A stretch of 63,963 nucleotides of DNA, the filler included, from Acidimicrobiia bacterium (lineage in GTDB: Bacteria > Actinomycetota > Acidimicrobiia > Spongiisociales > CAZKJJ01): assembly GCA_046759765.1 (NCBI GenBank). It is 3 parts of 3 records of this genome, joined end to end, with 100 filler letters (N's around TTAATTAATTAA, not from the genome) between each part and the next. Parts side by side here need not be neighbours in the genome. Positions count along the whole stretch, not along the records: positions 1 to 29,064 come from JBHICV010000016.1; positions 29,165 to 57,325 come from JBHICV010000017.1; 1 more part is not named here. One strand, 5' to 3'. The translations under genes were made by a program, and so were the position numbers. Below, piece by piece: positions 22,991-32,174 of the stretch; within the stretch, counting starts at the first letter, position 1, and each line of letters opens with the position of its first letter. The notes beneath the pieces are model-generated. The model saw only the letters and a list, made by a program, of their open reading frames with translations. It had not been told where the DNA came from and did no database searches.

Positions 22991-24418
22991 AGAAGCGGCC
23001 TTAGCCGCTTCCTTTATCAGTTCCCAGGTCTCGCGCACGTGATGCTCCTCCGTGAGTGCTCCTCCCACGTTCATCCGGATCACGAACCGGTCGCCGATCC
23101 TGGTGTGGGTGAGAAACGCCCGTCCCGAAGCGTTGACTCTCTCCAGGATCCGCTCGGTCGCCTCATCGCCACTCCGGTGGCGGAAGCAGACCAAGTTGAG
23201 CCACACCGGCGCGGCGAGCTCGAAGTCCGGGTCCTTCTCCACCCACTCGGCGAAGGCGCGGCCCTGGCGGACGTGCTCGCGCACGTGGTGCCTTATGCCG
23301 TCGACGCCATAGTGACGGATCACGAGCCATAACTTGAGAGCCCGAAATCGGCGACCCAGTGGAACCTGCCAGTCGCGGTAGTCGATCACCTCGCCGGAGG
23401 AAGAAGCATCGTTTCTCAGGTATTCGGGAAGAATGCTCAGCGCTCGGATGAGAGCCTCCCGGTCCGCGACGAAGAAAGCGCTGCAATCGAAGTTCGTGAA
23501 CATCCACTTGTGCGGGTTGAACACGTAGCTGTCGGCCAGCTCGACACCGGCGTGCATCCACCTGAACTCCGGGCAGATCGCCGCCGTTCCGGCCCAGGCC
23601 GCGTCCACATGCAGCCAGATGTCGTTGGCTCTGGCTATCTCTCCAATGGGACCGATGGGATCGAATGCCAGGGATGAAGTCGTGCCCGTCGTCGCGCATA
23701 CAAAGGCCGGGACCAGGCCCGCGGCCCGATCCTGACGAATCAGAGTCTCCAGATGCTCCGGTCGCATGGCCAGGTCAGCATCTACTCGAACGGCTCTGAG
23801 ACTCTCCGAGCCCAACCCCGCGATGCGGATGGCCTTCTCTATAGATGAATGAGCCTCGCTCGACGCATAGGCGATGAGCGTTCCTGGATTCCCGGACCGG
23901 TTGGCCTGTTGGTCGCTGGCCCGCTCGCGTGCGGCCAGAACAGCACATAGCGTCGCGCTCGAAGCCGAGTCCTGTATCACCCCGCCTCCGGAGGAGTCAG
24001 ATGAGAAGCGATCCGGCAGGTCGAGCATCTGGACCAGCCAGTCGAGGACATGCGTTTCCAGCTCGGTGGCCGCCGGGCTCGTCGCCCAGGAGAAACCAAC
24101 CACACCCAGCCCCGACGACAGGAGGTCGCCGAGCATCGAAGGACCCGAGGAATTGGCGGCAAAGAATCCAAAGAACCGGGGCGACTGCCAGTGGGTGATC
24201 CCAGGCATGATGATCTCGTCCACGTCGCGCATGACGTCCTCGAACGATTCGCCCGTCACAGGCGGATGCTCGGGAAGCCGGCTTCTGACTTCCCCGGGTT
24301 TGATGGCGGCGAGGACAGGAAGCTCCTCCACATGTTCCAAGTAGTCGGCGATCCACTCGACGACCTCTCGGCCGCGACGCCGGAACTCGTCGGGGGTCAT
24401 GTGATAGCCGTCACCCAT
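22988..24418 (-). CDS. PLP-dependent aromatic L-amino acid decarboxylase (group II)
   Basis: PGITHWQSP, SPAATELE, AHSSIEKA, HVDAAWAG, NPHKW (PLP lysine), RRFRALKLW. Confidence 0.93.
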   Translation of the reverse strand: MGDGYHMTPDEFRRRGREVVEWIADYLEHVEELPVLAAIKPGEVRSRLPEHPPVTGESFEDVMRDVDEIIMPGITHWQSPRFFGFFAANSSGPSMLGDLLSSGLGVVGFSWATSPAATELETHVLDWLVQMLDLPDRFSSDSSGGGVIQDSASSATLCAVLAARERASDQQANRSGNPGTLIAYASSEAHSSIEKAIRIAGLGSESLRAVRVDADLAMRPEHLETLIRQDRAAGLVPAFVCATTGTTSSLAFDPIGPIGEIARANDIWLHVDAAWAGTAAICPEFRWMHAGVELADSYVFNPHKWMFTNFDCSAFFVADREALIRALSILPEYLRNDASSSGEVIDYRDWQVPLGRRFRALKLWLVIRHYGVDGIRHHVREHVRQGRAFAEWVEKDPDFELAAPVWLNLVCFRHRSGDEATERILERVNASGRAFLTHTRIGDRFVIRMNVGGALTEEHHVRETWELIKEAAKAAS

Positions 24419-24490
24419 CTCGGTCGACGCTAGCTAGCGGTAGGGCCGGCGGCTCGCCAGAATCAGCCGCCACCAGACACCCGAGGAGCC

Positions 24491-26080
24491 ATGCAGGACG
24501 CCGCCGCCCGCGTACAAGACGCCACCAAGATCTACGGCGAGGGGGACACCGCCGTAACCGCACTGAACGACGTGTGTCTTCAGTTCAGCACGGGCCAATA
24601 CACGGCGATCATGGGCCCATCGGGGTCCGGCAAGTCGACCCTGCTGCACTGCACCGCCGGACTGGATCGCCTGGCTTCGGGGTCCGTCTATATCGGCGAA
24701 GTCGAGCTTGGTGCGCTCAACGACCGAGAGCTGACCAAGCTGCGCCGCGACAAGGTCGGGTTCATCTTCCAGACGTTCAACCTGGTTCCCACTCTGTCAG
24801 CTGAGAAGAACATTGTCCTGCCGATGGCGATCGCAGGACGAGACGGAGAGCGAGTGGTCGGCTTAGGAGTTGTTTCGCTCTTCGTCGGTGTAGCCGTGTT
24901 GAGCCCTGCGTTCGCTCGTCCCGTCACCGCCTTCATAGGTTCGCCCCTGCCTGCGGTGGCGGGAGTCTCGGGCAACCTTGCTCGGGAGAACTCGATGCGA
25001 AGTCCTCGTCGCACTTCGGCGACCGCCGCCGCCCTTATGGTCGGGCTGGCTCTGGTGGCACTCGTAGCCATCATCGCCCAGTCGCTCCGGAGCACGGTCT
25101 CTGACGTGCTGGCTGAGAGCTTTCTGGCCGACTTCGTCGTGCAGCAGGCCAACCCCTTCGCACCCCCGGGTGGACTTCCCACAGCAATTGCGGACGACAT
25201 CGCCGATCTGGAAGAGGTGTCCGACGTCTCGCGGGTCAGATTCAGTCAGGCGAAGGTGGAGGACAGCGTGGTGTTCCTAGGCGCCATTGAGTCCAATTAC
25301 ACCAGCATGTTTGACCTCGACGTCACCGAGGGAACCCTCTCAGAATTCAGCGGGAACCAGACCGCGGTGTTGCGTGGCTGGGCCGAAGGTCAGGCCCTTG
25401 GGTTGGGGGACGTCGTATCGATGCAGTTCGCCGCTACCGGCGCGGACGTGTTTCGGATTACCGCCGTCTATGAGGAGGAAACGGCCGGACCCGTCTTGAT
25501 TCCTCTCGACGCCTACGAAGCCAACTTTGTCGAACAACTCGACGGGTCGGTGTACGTGCTCTTGGCCCCGGGAGTCAGTGCCCAGGCCGGGCGAGCTGCG
25601 GTGGAGGTCGCCACCGCGCAGGATCCGAACGCCAGCGTCCTAGATGCGACAGGATTCCAGGAGCAGACGGAGGAAGCTCTCGACCAGCTGCTCAATGTCT
25701 TCATCGGACTGCTCTCGTTGGCCATCCTCATCTCGATCCTGGGCATCACAAACACCTTGTCGCTCTCTGTTATCGAGCGCACCCGCGAAATCGGGCTGCT
25801 ACGCGCCATTGGCATGTCGAGGCGACAGGTGAGACGAACGATCCGATGGGAGGCGGTCATCACGTCGCTTTTCGGTGCGGTGCTCGGCATCGCCATCGGG
25901 ATCCTCTTCGCCTGGTCGATCGTCCAGGCATTGGAGGATCAAGGGATTCGCTTCACCGTTCCGGTTGGGCAGTTGATTCTGCTCATCATCGCCGCCGGAC
26001 TGGCGGGGGTGTTGGCCGCCATCCCGCCGGCGGCAAGGGCGTCCAACCTCGACATCCTCGAGGCCATCGCCTACGAGTGA
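24491..26080 (+). pseudogene. In-frame fusion of a truncated LolD/MacB-type ABC ATPase with the C-terminal half of an FtsX-like permease
   Basis: The first ~120 aa have Walker A (GPSGSGKST) and a Q-loop but no LSGGQ, Walker B or H-loop; after ~24853 the sequence is permease (ARENSMRSPRRTSATAAAL...ERTREIGLLRAIG). Confidence 0.75.
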
Positions 26081-27285
26081 TCGACCGCTACCGCGCCACG
26101 TCGAATTTGTGCCAGCCAGACGGCACCCAGGACGGCGCCGCTCACAAAGAGCACCAGCACGCTCCAGAGACCGGGCGCGTAGCTTCCGGTCGAGTCGACC
26201 GAGTAGCCGAACACCAAGGGCCCAATCGCGAAGCCGGCGAGGAATCCAAGCACGACAATGCCCGACGATCTTCCCGCCAGGGCCGTGCCGGCCTCGTCGA
26301 TGACGGCCAGCATCGCCACCGCGTTCCAGGTGGTCGCACCCACTCCTCCGAGAACTATCGCAACCCACAGAACCAGGTTTCCGGCGCTCGGCGCGATCAG
26401 TAACAGCAAGACTGCCACGGCGGCGATTATCGAAAGCGTTCCCAGCACACCGGCGAAGGAGCCTGCCTTCTCCGCGATAGAAGGCGAGATGATCCTTACG
26501 ATCATCGCTACGAGACCGAAGACGGCGACGACCAGTCCGGCTGCAGTGACTGTCATGCCGAAGTCTTCTTGCAGATAAAGCGGCAGAAACGTCAACAGGG
26601 AACCCGCACCCATGCCCATGATCAAGCTGTAGCCGGCGAGCCACCACACAGCTTCCGGGAGTCGTGAGCGTCGCCGCGCCGCGTGGTCGTCGGCAGATGT
26701 TCCGGCGCGGGGGACGATGAATGTCGTAGCGAGCAGAGCGGCCGCCGGCACCAAGGCGACCAGGGCCAGAGTCGCTCGCCAGCCCAGAGCGATCGCTCCG
26801 GCGGGGAGGAGCAGACCCCCGAGGAACAAACCCGCCTGCACCCCAGACTGCTTGATTCCCGTGATTAGCCCTCTCCGTCCGTGTCGGATGTGGAGCGCGA
26901 TGAGCTTGTTGGTGGCCGGGTTGGCCGTCGCTTGAGCCACCCCAGCGATAACGGCGGCTAGCAGCAACAGCGCGTAGATAGGCGCGGCGGCGAGGCTCAG
27001 CAGTCCCAGCGTGCTCAGTGTGAAGAGAACAAAAAGCGTTCGGCGCCCTCCGATCCGATCCGTAAGTCGCCCGCTCGGGGGAGATCCTGCTGCGGCGGCA
27101 ACCGCGGCGGCAGTGACGAGACCCCCAACCTGGGCTCGGGAGATGCCGAGGTCGTCGATAAGGAAGCGCGACAGGACCGAGATCGACACAATTGCGATTG
27201 TTCCCGCCACCATGGCAGTCAGAAGCAGGCCCCCGAATACGGTGCGGCGACCCTTGCCCTCGATCGCGAATACCTCGTCTGGCAT
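26071..27285 (-). CDS. MFS transporter
   Basis: About 12 TM segments, motif A GRLTDRIGGRR, RG.ITGIKQSG. Confidence 0.9.
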   Translation of the reverse strand: MPDEVFAIEGKGRRTVFGGLLLTAMVAGTIAIVSISVLSRFLIDDLGISRAQVGGLVTAAAVAAAAGSPPSGRLTDRIGGRRTLFVLFTLSTLGLLSLAAAPIYALLLLAAVIAGVAQATANPATNKLIALHIRHGRRGLITGIKQSGVQAGLFLGGLLLPAGAIALGWRATLALVALVPAAALLATTFIVPRAGTSADDHAARRRSRLPEAVWWLAGYSLIMGMGAGSLLTFLPLYLQEDFGMTVTAAGLVVAVFGLVAMIVRIISPSIAEKAGSFAGVLGTLSIIAAVAVLLLLIAPSAGNLVLWVAIVLGGVGATTWNAVAMLAVIDEAGTALAGRSSGIVVLGFLAGFAIGPLVFGYSVDSTGSYAPGLWSVLVLFVSGAVLGAVWLAQIRRGAVAVDHS

Positions 27286-27370
27286 GGCCGCGCCACCCTA
27301 CCGGCAGTCGCTGATGGGGAAGTCTGTGCTTAGCTGAGACAGCTGCGGCCTTCGGTTACAGTTGCGCGCC

Positions 27371-28345
27371 GTGAAGAAGACAGTCTTTTCCGGTATCCAA
27401 TCAACGGGGAACGTCCACATCGGCAACTACATAGGCGCGCTCCGGCACTGGGTGGAGATGCAGGACACGCACGACGCGATCTACTGCGTCGTCGACCTGC
27501 ATGCGATGACGGCGCCCTACGACCCTACGGAATTGGCGCGGGCGCGGCTCGAGACAGCCAAGACTCTGCTTGCGGTCGGGATCGATCCGGACCGGTCACT
27601 GCTGTTTTTCCAGAGTCAGGTTCCGCAGCATGCCGAGCTTTACTGGATTCTCGGCACGATCTCATCGATGGGAGCACTGGGGCGCATGACGCAGTACAAG
27701 GAGAAGTCGGAGAAGGGCGGGGCAACGTTCGGCCTATTCGCCTACCCGGTGCTGATGGCGGCTGACATCCTGGTGCACAAAGCCCATGAGGTCCCGGTCG
27801 GCGACGACCAGACCCAGCATCTCGAGCTGACGCGCGACGTAGCTCAGCGCTTCAACCAGCGCTTCGGAGAGGTCTTTCCTATCCCCGAGCGGATTACCCC
27901 CGAGGTAGGCGCCAGAGTGCTCTCGCTGAAGGACCCACTCGCAAAGATGTCCAAGTCTGATCCCGATCCGGACGCCATCGTTCGGATCGGGGATCCACCG
28001 GATGAGATCGTCCGAAAGTTCCGCGGTGCGGTGACGGATTCTGGCAAGGAGATCATCTACGACACAGAGGAAAAGCCAGGGATAGCCAATCTGCTCGAGA
28101 TCCTCTCGGGATTCACCGGCACCCCCATTCCGGAGCTCACTACCTCTTACAACGGCCTTGGCTATGCCGCCTTCAAGGAAGTCGTAGCCGAGGCAGTCAT
28201 CGGGGGTCTCGCCCCATTCCAAAAGGCCTTCGCAGCTTTGGATGACGGTGAGGTGGAGGAAGTGATGCGAAAAGGCGCGGCAAGCGGCCGAGAGCGGGCC
28301 GAACCGACCCTGCTCGAGGTTCGGGAGAAGGTGGGCCTCGGCTAG
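27371..28345 (+). CDS. trpS: Tryptophan--tRNA ligase
   Basis: FSGIQSTG, HIGNYIGA, YPVLMAADIL, VPVGDDQ, KMSKS. Confidence 0.97.
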   Translation: MKKTVFSGIQSTGNVHIGNYIGALRHWVEMQDTHDAIYCVVDLHAMTAPYDPTELARARLETAKTLLAVGIDPDRSLLFFQSQVPQHAELYWILGTISSMGALGRMTQYKEKSEKGGATFGLFAYPVLMAADILVHKAHEVPVGDDQTQHLELTRDVAQRFNQRFGEVFPIPERITPEVGARVLSLKDPLAKMSKSDPDPDAIVRIGDPPDEIVRKFRGAVTDSGKEIIYDTEEKPGIANLLEILSGFTGTPIPELTTSYNGLGYAAFKEVVAEAVIGGLAPFQKAFAALDDGEVEEVMRKGAASGRERAEPTLLEVREKVGLG

Positions 28346-28346
28346 C

Positions 28347-29064
28347 TCAGGTCTCGAACAGCGTCGGCGCGGCCACGAGCAGCACGAACGACAACAGGTC
28401 ATATCCGGAGTGAACAAAGATCGCCGGGCCCAACCTTCCGTGCCGGAGGGTGAGCCAAGCCATCACAACCCCGAGGACTAGGAAGACCGGCACCACGACG
28501 ACGAAGAAGAACACCAATGTCTCGCGATCGAAGCTCCGCAGAGCGACGATGTGCGCTAGCGCGAATACGACCGAGGACACGATCACTGCGGTCCACGCGC
28601 TCGTGCGTTGCATACTCAGCCGCAGCAGCAAGCCCCGGTAGGCCACTTCCTCGACAACAGGCACGCCGACCGCCAAGACGAGGGCAGCGGCCAGGATGGC
28701 GAAAGGGCCTTCCAGCTCCTTGATGATCTCGACGCTTCCGAGGGGGTTCTCTTCTGACGGCAGTGCCTGCGCGATGGGAGACACGGCAAAGGCGAGCAGG
28801 ATGTTCAATCCCGCTCCGAGCGCCAGGTACCTGACGTCGGAGGTCTCGATCGAGAGCCCGTAGGCCTCGGCGAAGCCGGCGAAACCGCGGCGCGTCCTTA
28901 TCGATGACAGTGCCAGCAGAGAGGCGCCCAGTTGAGCCGGCACGACCACCGTAAAGATAAGGGTGGGAGTGAGGGTCTCCGATCCGGTGAGGGTCACGAT
29001 CACTAGGAATGCCAGGATGTTGGCCGCGTAGCCGGCCGCGAGACGACGCAGTCGGTTGAGCCCC
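28347..29064 (-). CDS. CPBP family intramembrane metalloprotease (5' end lost at the contig edge)
   Basis: PVVEEVAYRG, FALAH, H...D motifs; the frame stays open up to the gap. Confidence 0.85.
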
Positions 29065-29164
29065 NNNNNNNNNNNNNNNNNNNNNNNNNNNNNNNNNNNN
29101 NNNNNNNNTTAATTAATTAANNNNNNNNNNNNNNNNNNNNNNNNNNNNNNNNNNNNNNNNNNNN
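29065..29164. other. Artificial contig-joining linker
   Basis: 100 nt of N with a central TTAATTAATTAA (stops in all six frames). Confidence 0.97.
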
Positions 29165-29283
29165 CGGAGTGAGTCAAGTGACTCGAAGTCAACGAACATC
29201 AACAGCACGAGCGTGACTGTGATTAACCCCAGCAGTGTCAGGTAGCGATCGAGACGTTCTGGTTCCTGTGCCTCAGCGGTCAT
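29165..29283 (-). CDS. Membrane protein, N-terminal fragment truncated by the gap
   Basis: MTAEAQEPERLDRYLTLLGLITVTLVLLMFV... after an AAGGAG RBS. Confidence 0.55.
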
Positions 29284-29372
29284 GGGCGCTCCTTCCAAGT
29301 CGGCCTGCCGACACTACCGAGCATCGATTCAGGCCACCTAGGGTTCGCACCCCAGAAGGGAGGCCGCAACCT

Positions 29373-30722
29373 ATCGCTGATACGCAAGAAGACCGGAAGT
29401 CCTGGGGAAAGAGCCGTCGCAAGCTGGTCCCGCGATCCAGCCACGCGGCTTGGGGCGGAGGCGCAGGGCGCGACGCCGTCGAGCTGATCCGACAACAGGA
29501 TGAGGATCGCCTCGCGTGGCTCATCCCGGAGCGCCATCGCCGTATGGCGCAATCTCCGTTCACCTTCTTTCGGGGAGCCGCCGCGGTCATGGCCGCCGAT
29601 CTGGCTACCACCCCCGCGTCGGGAATCTCGGTCCAGGTGTGCGGCGATGCTCACCTCTCCAACTTCGGAGTCTTCGGATCCCCTGAGCGGTCGGTGGTCT
29701 TCGACCTCAACGACTTCGATGAGACGCTGGCCGGTCCTTGGGAGTGGGACGTCAAGCGAATGGCAGCCAGCTTTGTCGTTGCGTCGCGCAACAACGAGCA
29801 CAGTGAGTTGCACTCTCGGAGGGCAGCCACTACAGCCGTTGAGTCCTACCGAGAGGCGATTCGCCAATTCGCCAGCATGCGCTATCTCGACGTCTGGTAC
29901 TCGTCCGTAGACGTAGAGAGAGTGCGACAGCTCTTCGCGGACGAGGGCCGATCCAGGAGAGTGAGACAGATCGACAAGACGATCAATCGTGCCCGCAAAC
30001 GCGACCATCTCCGCGCCCTCCGGAAGCTGACCACCGACGAGGGCGGGACGCTCCGCATCAAGTCAGAACCGCCGTTCATCATCCCGATGCGAGACATGGA
30101 CGCGGACGCGGACACAATTGAAGAAGGTGTCAGGAAGACACTCGCCACGTACGCGGCAACGCTGTCCCACGCAGAGGCGTCCCTGCTCGGTCAGTACCAA
30201 GTGATCGACGTAGCCCTGAAAGTGGTGGGAGTGGGCAGCGTGGGAACCCGATGCAGCATTGTGTTTCTTCAGGGTCGCGACTCCGAAGACCCACTCTTCC
30301 TCCAGGTCAAGGAGGCCTCTTCTTCAGTGCTCGAGCCATACTTGACCTCGAGCCGTTATGAGCATCACGGGCGTCGAGTGGTCGAAGGCCAGCGCTTGAT
30401 GCAAACCTCCAGTGACATCTTCCTTGGATGGACTCGGGGGGAGGTCTCTGGCCATCACTACTACGTTCGCCAGCTATGGGACATGAAGGCCGGAGGCGAT
30501 GTCGAGGACTATTCGCCGAGTCGAATGGAGGACTACTCGCGGGTGTGCGGCTGGACGCTGGCCAAGGCCCACGCCCGCTCGGGTGAAGCCGCCTCCATCA
30601 CCGGCTATCTCGGTAAGGGAAACCGTTTTGATGAGGGGGTGACGGAGTTCGCAGTGTCCTACGCCGACCAAAACGATCGTGACTACCGGGCATTCGTCGA
30701 TGCCGTGGGCACTGGGGACTGA
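29373..30722 (+). CDS. DUF2252 family protein (kinase-like)
   Basis: RMAQSPFTFFRGAA, CGDAHLSNFG, FDLNDFDE, WEWDVKR, KVVGVGSVG, YYVRQL.D.K; start uncertain (strong SD precedes an in-frame ATC at 29373). Confidence 0.9.
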   Translation: MADTQEDRKSWGKSRRKLVPRSSHAAWGGGAGRDAVELIRQQDEDRLAWLIPERHRRMAQSPFTFFRGAAAVMAADLATTPASGISVQVCGDAHLSNFGVFGSPERSVVFDLNDFDETLAGPWEWDVKRMAASFVVASRNNEHSELHSRRAATTAVESYREAIRQFASMRYLDVWYSSVDVERVRQLFADEGRSRRVRQIDKTINRARKRDHLRALRKLTTDEGGTLRIKSEPPFIIPMRDMDADADTIEEGVRKTLATYAATLSHAEASLLGQYQVIDVALKVVGVGSVGTRCSIVFLQGRDSEDPLFLQVKEASSSVLEPYLTSSRYEHHGRRVVEGQRLMQTSSDIFLGWTRGEVSGHHYYVRQLWDMKAGGDVEDYSPSRMEDYSRVCGWTLAKAHARSGEAASITGYLGKGNRFDEGVTEFAVSYADQNDRDYRAFVDAVGTGD

Positions 30723-31706
30723 TCAACCGGCCAGTCGGCGCAGCTCGGGAAGTACTTCCTTGCCTACGAGTTCGATGGTCCGACCCGGGTCGGTGCTGGC
30801 GATTTGGACCGCGACATAGTCGCCCCCGATTTCGGTCACGAGGGGCGCATAGGCCTCGACGAGCTCTTTCACATCATGGACGATCGCGTACTTGGAGAGA
30901 ACCTCGTCACGCCCCAGTACGTCGGCCCTTTGCCTCAGCACCATAGGGTCAACGGCTTGGAGGCGGCCAGGCGCCCGCAGGCCACGCATCGAGCCGAGCG
31001 CTTTCCACGCTTCGTCGTCGTCAGCGGCAAGAACCGTCCACCTCGTGGCCATAACCGTGCCGGGGTTGCCCGTCTCCTCGGAGGCGGCATAGAACGGCGG
31101 GAGGATGCGGCCGGTGGTGTCTTCGGGATCCTTGACGCTCGTGATCAACCCCCCGGCATGAGCGCCCGCGAAGGCGGCGCTCATGGGTCCTCCGGCAGCC
31201 ATCCAAACAGGGACTTCTCGCACCGGTGGGCTGTAGAGCTTCGCCCTGTCGGTCGTGTAGTACTGGCCTTGGTAGTCCAGCTTTTCCCCGGCCAGGAGCC
31301 GGCGGATGATCGCCAGCGCTTCTCGCATCCGCTCCAGCCGCTCGTTGTAACCCGGGAAGGTGAAACCCAGCGGTCCTTCGTTGATGTTCTCGCCGGTTCC
31401 CGTCCCGAGAATGAACCGCCCTCCCGAGAGCCGGTCGATCGTGGCGGCCGCCTGCGCAACCACCCCCGGGTGGTAGTGGAACAGGGGACAGGTGACGCTG
31501 GTCGCCAGCTCGACGCGCTCGGTTCGGGCGGCCACCGAGCCCAACCATGACCATACGAACCCGGCAGCAGATTCATCATCAACCCAAGGGTGAAAGTGGT
31601 CCGAGCCGAGCACTAGGTCGAAGCCTGCCCGCTCGGCGCCTACGGCTTGAGACACGAGAACCTCAGGCTGATAGGACTCGTGGCTGCATAACCAGGCGAA
31701 CTTCAC
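30723..31706 (-). CDS. F420-dependent LLM-class oxidoreductase (G6PDH/Adf-like family)
   Basis: SHE, SDHFHPW, TSVTCP..YHP.VVAQA.AT, GTGENINE. Confidence 0.88.
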   Translation of the reverse strand: MKFAWLCSHESYQPEVLVSQAVGAERAGFDLVLGSDHFHPWVDDESAAGFVWSWLGSVAARTERVELATSVTCPLFHYHPGVVAQAAATIDRLSGGRFILGTGTGENINEGPLGFTFPGYNERLERMREALAIIRRLLAGEKLDYQGQYYTTDRAKLYSPPVREVPVWMAAGGPMSAAFAGAHAGGLITSVKDPEDTTGRILPPFYAASEETGNPGTVMATRWTVLAADDDEAWKALGSMRGLRAPGRLQAVDPMVLRQRADVLGRDEVLSKYAIVHDVKELVEAYAPLVTEIGGDYVAVQIASTDPGRTIELVGKEVLPELRRLAG

Positions 31707-31751
31707 GGGCTGACCCCTCTCAGAGTTTGTGCTGCTCGAGCCGGGCGGGAG

Positions 31752-32141
31752 TTAGAGGCCGAGAATCTGCTTCTTCTTTGCCTCGAACTCGTCCTCGGTG
31801 ATAACACCCTGATCTTTCAGCTGGGAAAGGCGTTCAAGCTCATCCAAATAGGAGCCGGTACCTGTCGATTCGGTTGGTGTGCCGCCTCCTTCTTCCTGGT
31901 CTTCGCTGGTCACCTGCTGCTTCTCGATGCCAAGCTGGTCCATCGCCTGCTCAAGCTCATGATCCTCGAGCTCCTCGGGCGGGACCCCGGTGTGCTGCTG
32001 GATTCGGTCTGCGTCACGCTTGCTCATCTTGTAAGCGCCGAACGCCACCAGTCCTCCGACCAGGATGATCCTTCTTCTTCTGCGCCGTCGCCGTCTTCGC
32101 CTCGTGCGTCTCATAGCTCGGCCGCGCCCGCGTCCTCGCAC
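31752..32141 (-). CDS. Small SHOCT-domain protein with an RG-repeat/poly-Arg N-terminus
   Basis: GTG start after a GGAGGAGG SD; MRGRGRGRAMRRT(R)11-IILVGGLVAFGAY; C-terminal SHOCT YLDELERLSQLKDQGVITEDEFEAKKKQILG. Confidence 0.85.
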   Translation of the reverse strand: MRGRGRGRAMRRTRRRRRRRRRRRIILVGGLVAFGAYKMSKRDADRIQQHTGVPPEELEDHELEQAMDQLGIEKQQVTSEDQEEGGGTPTESTGTGSYLDELERLSQLKDQGVITEDEFEAKKKQILGL

Positions 32142-32174
32142 TAATGCCTCCTCCCGGCTGGTCGTGGCTGGATC

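Noticed and set aside
29065..29164. AT-only palindrome TTAATTAATTAA inside an N run (also at 57326-57425)
   Set aside because: Identical 100-nt construct at both gaps; an artificial contig linker, not biology.
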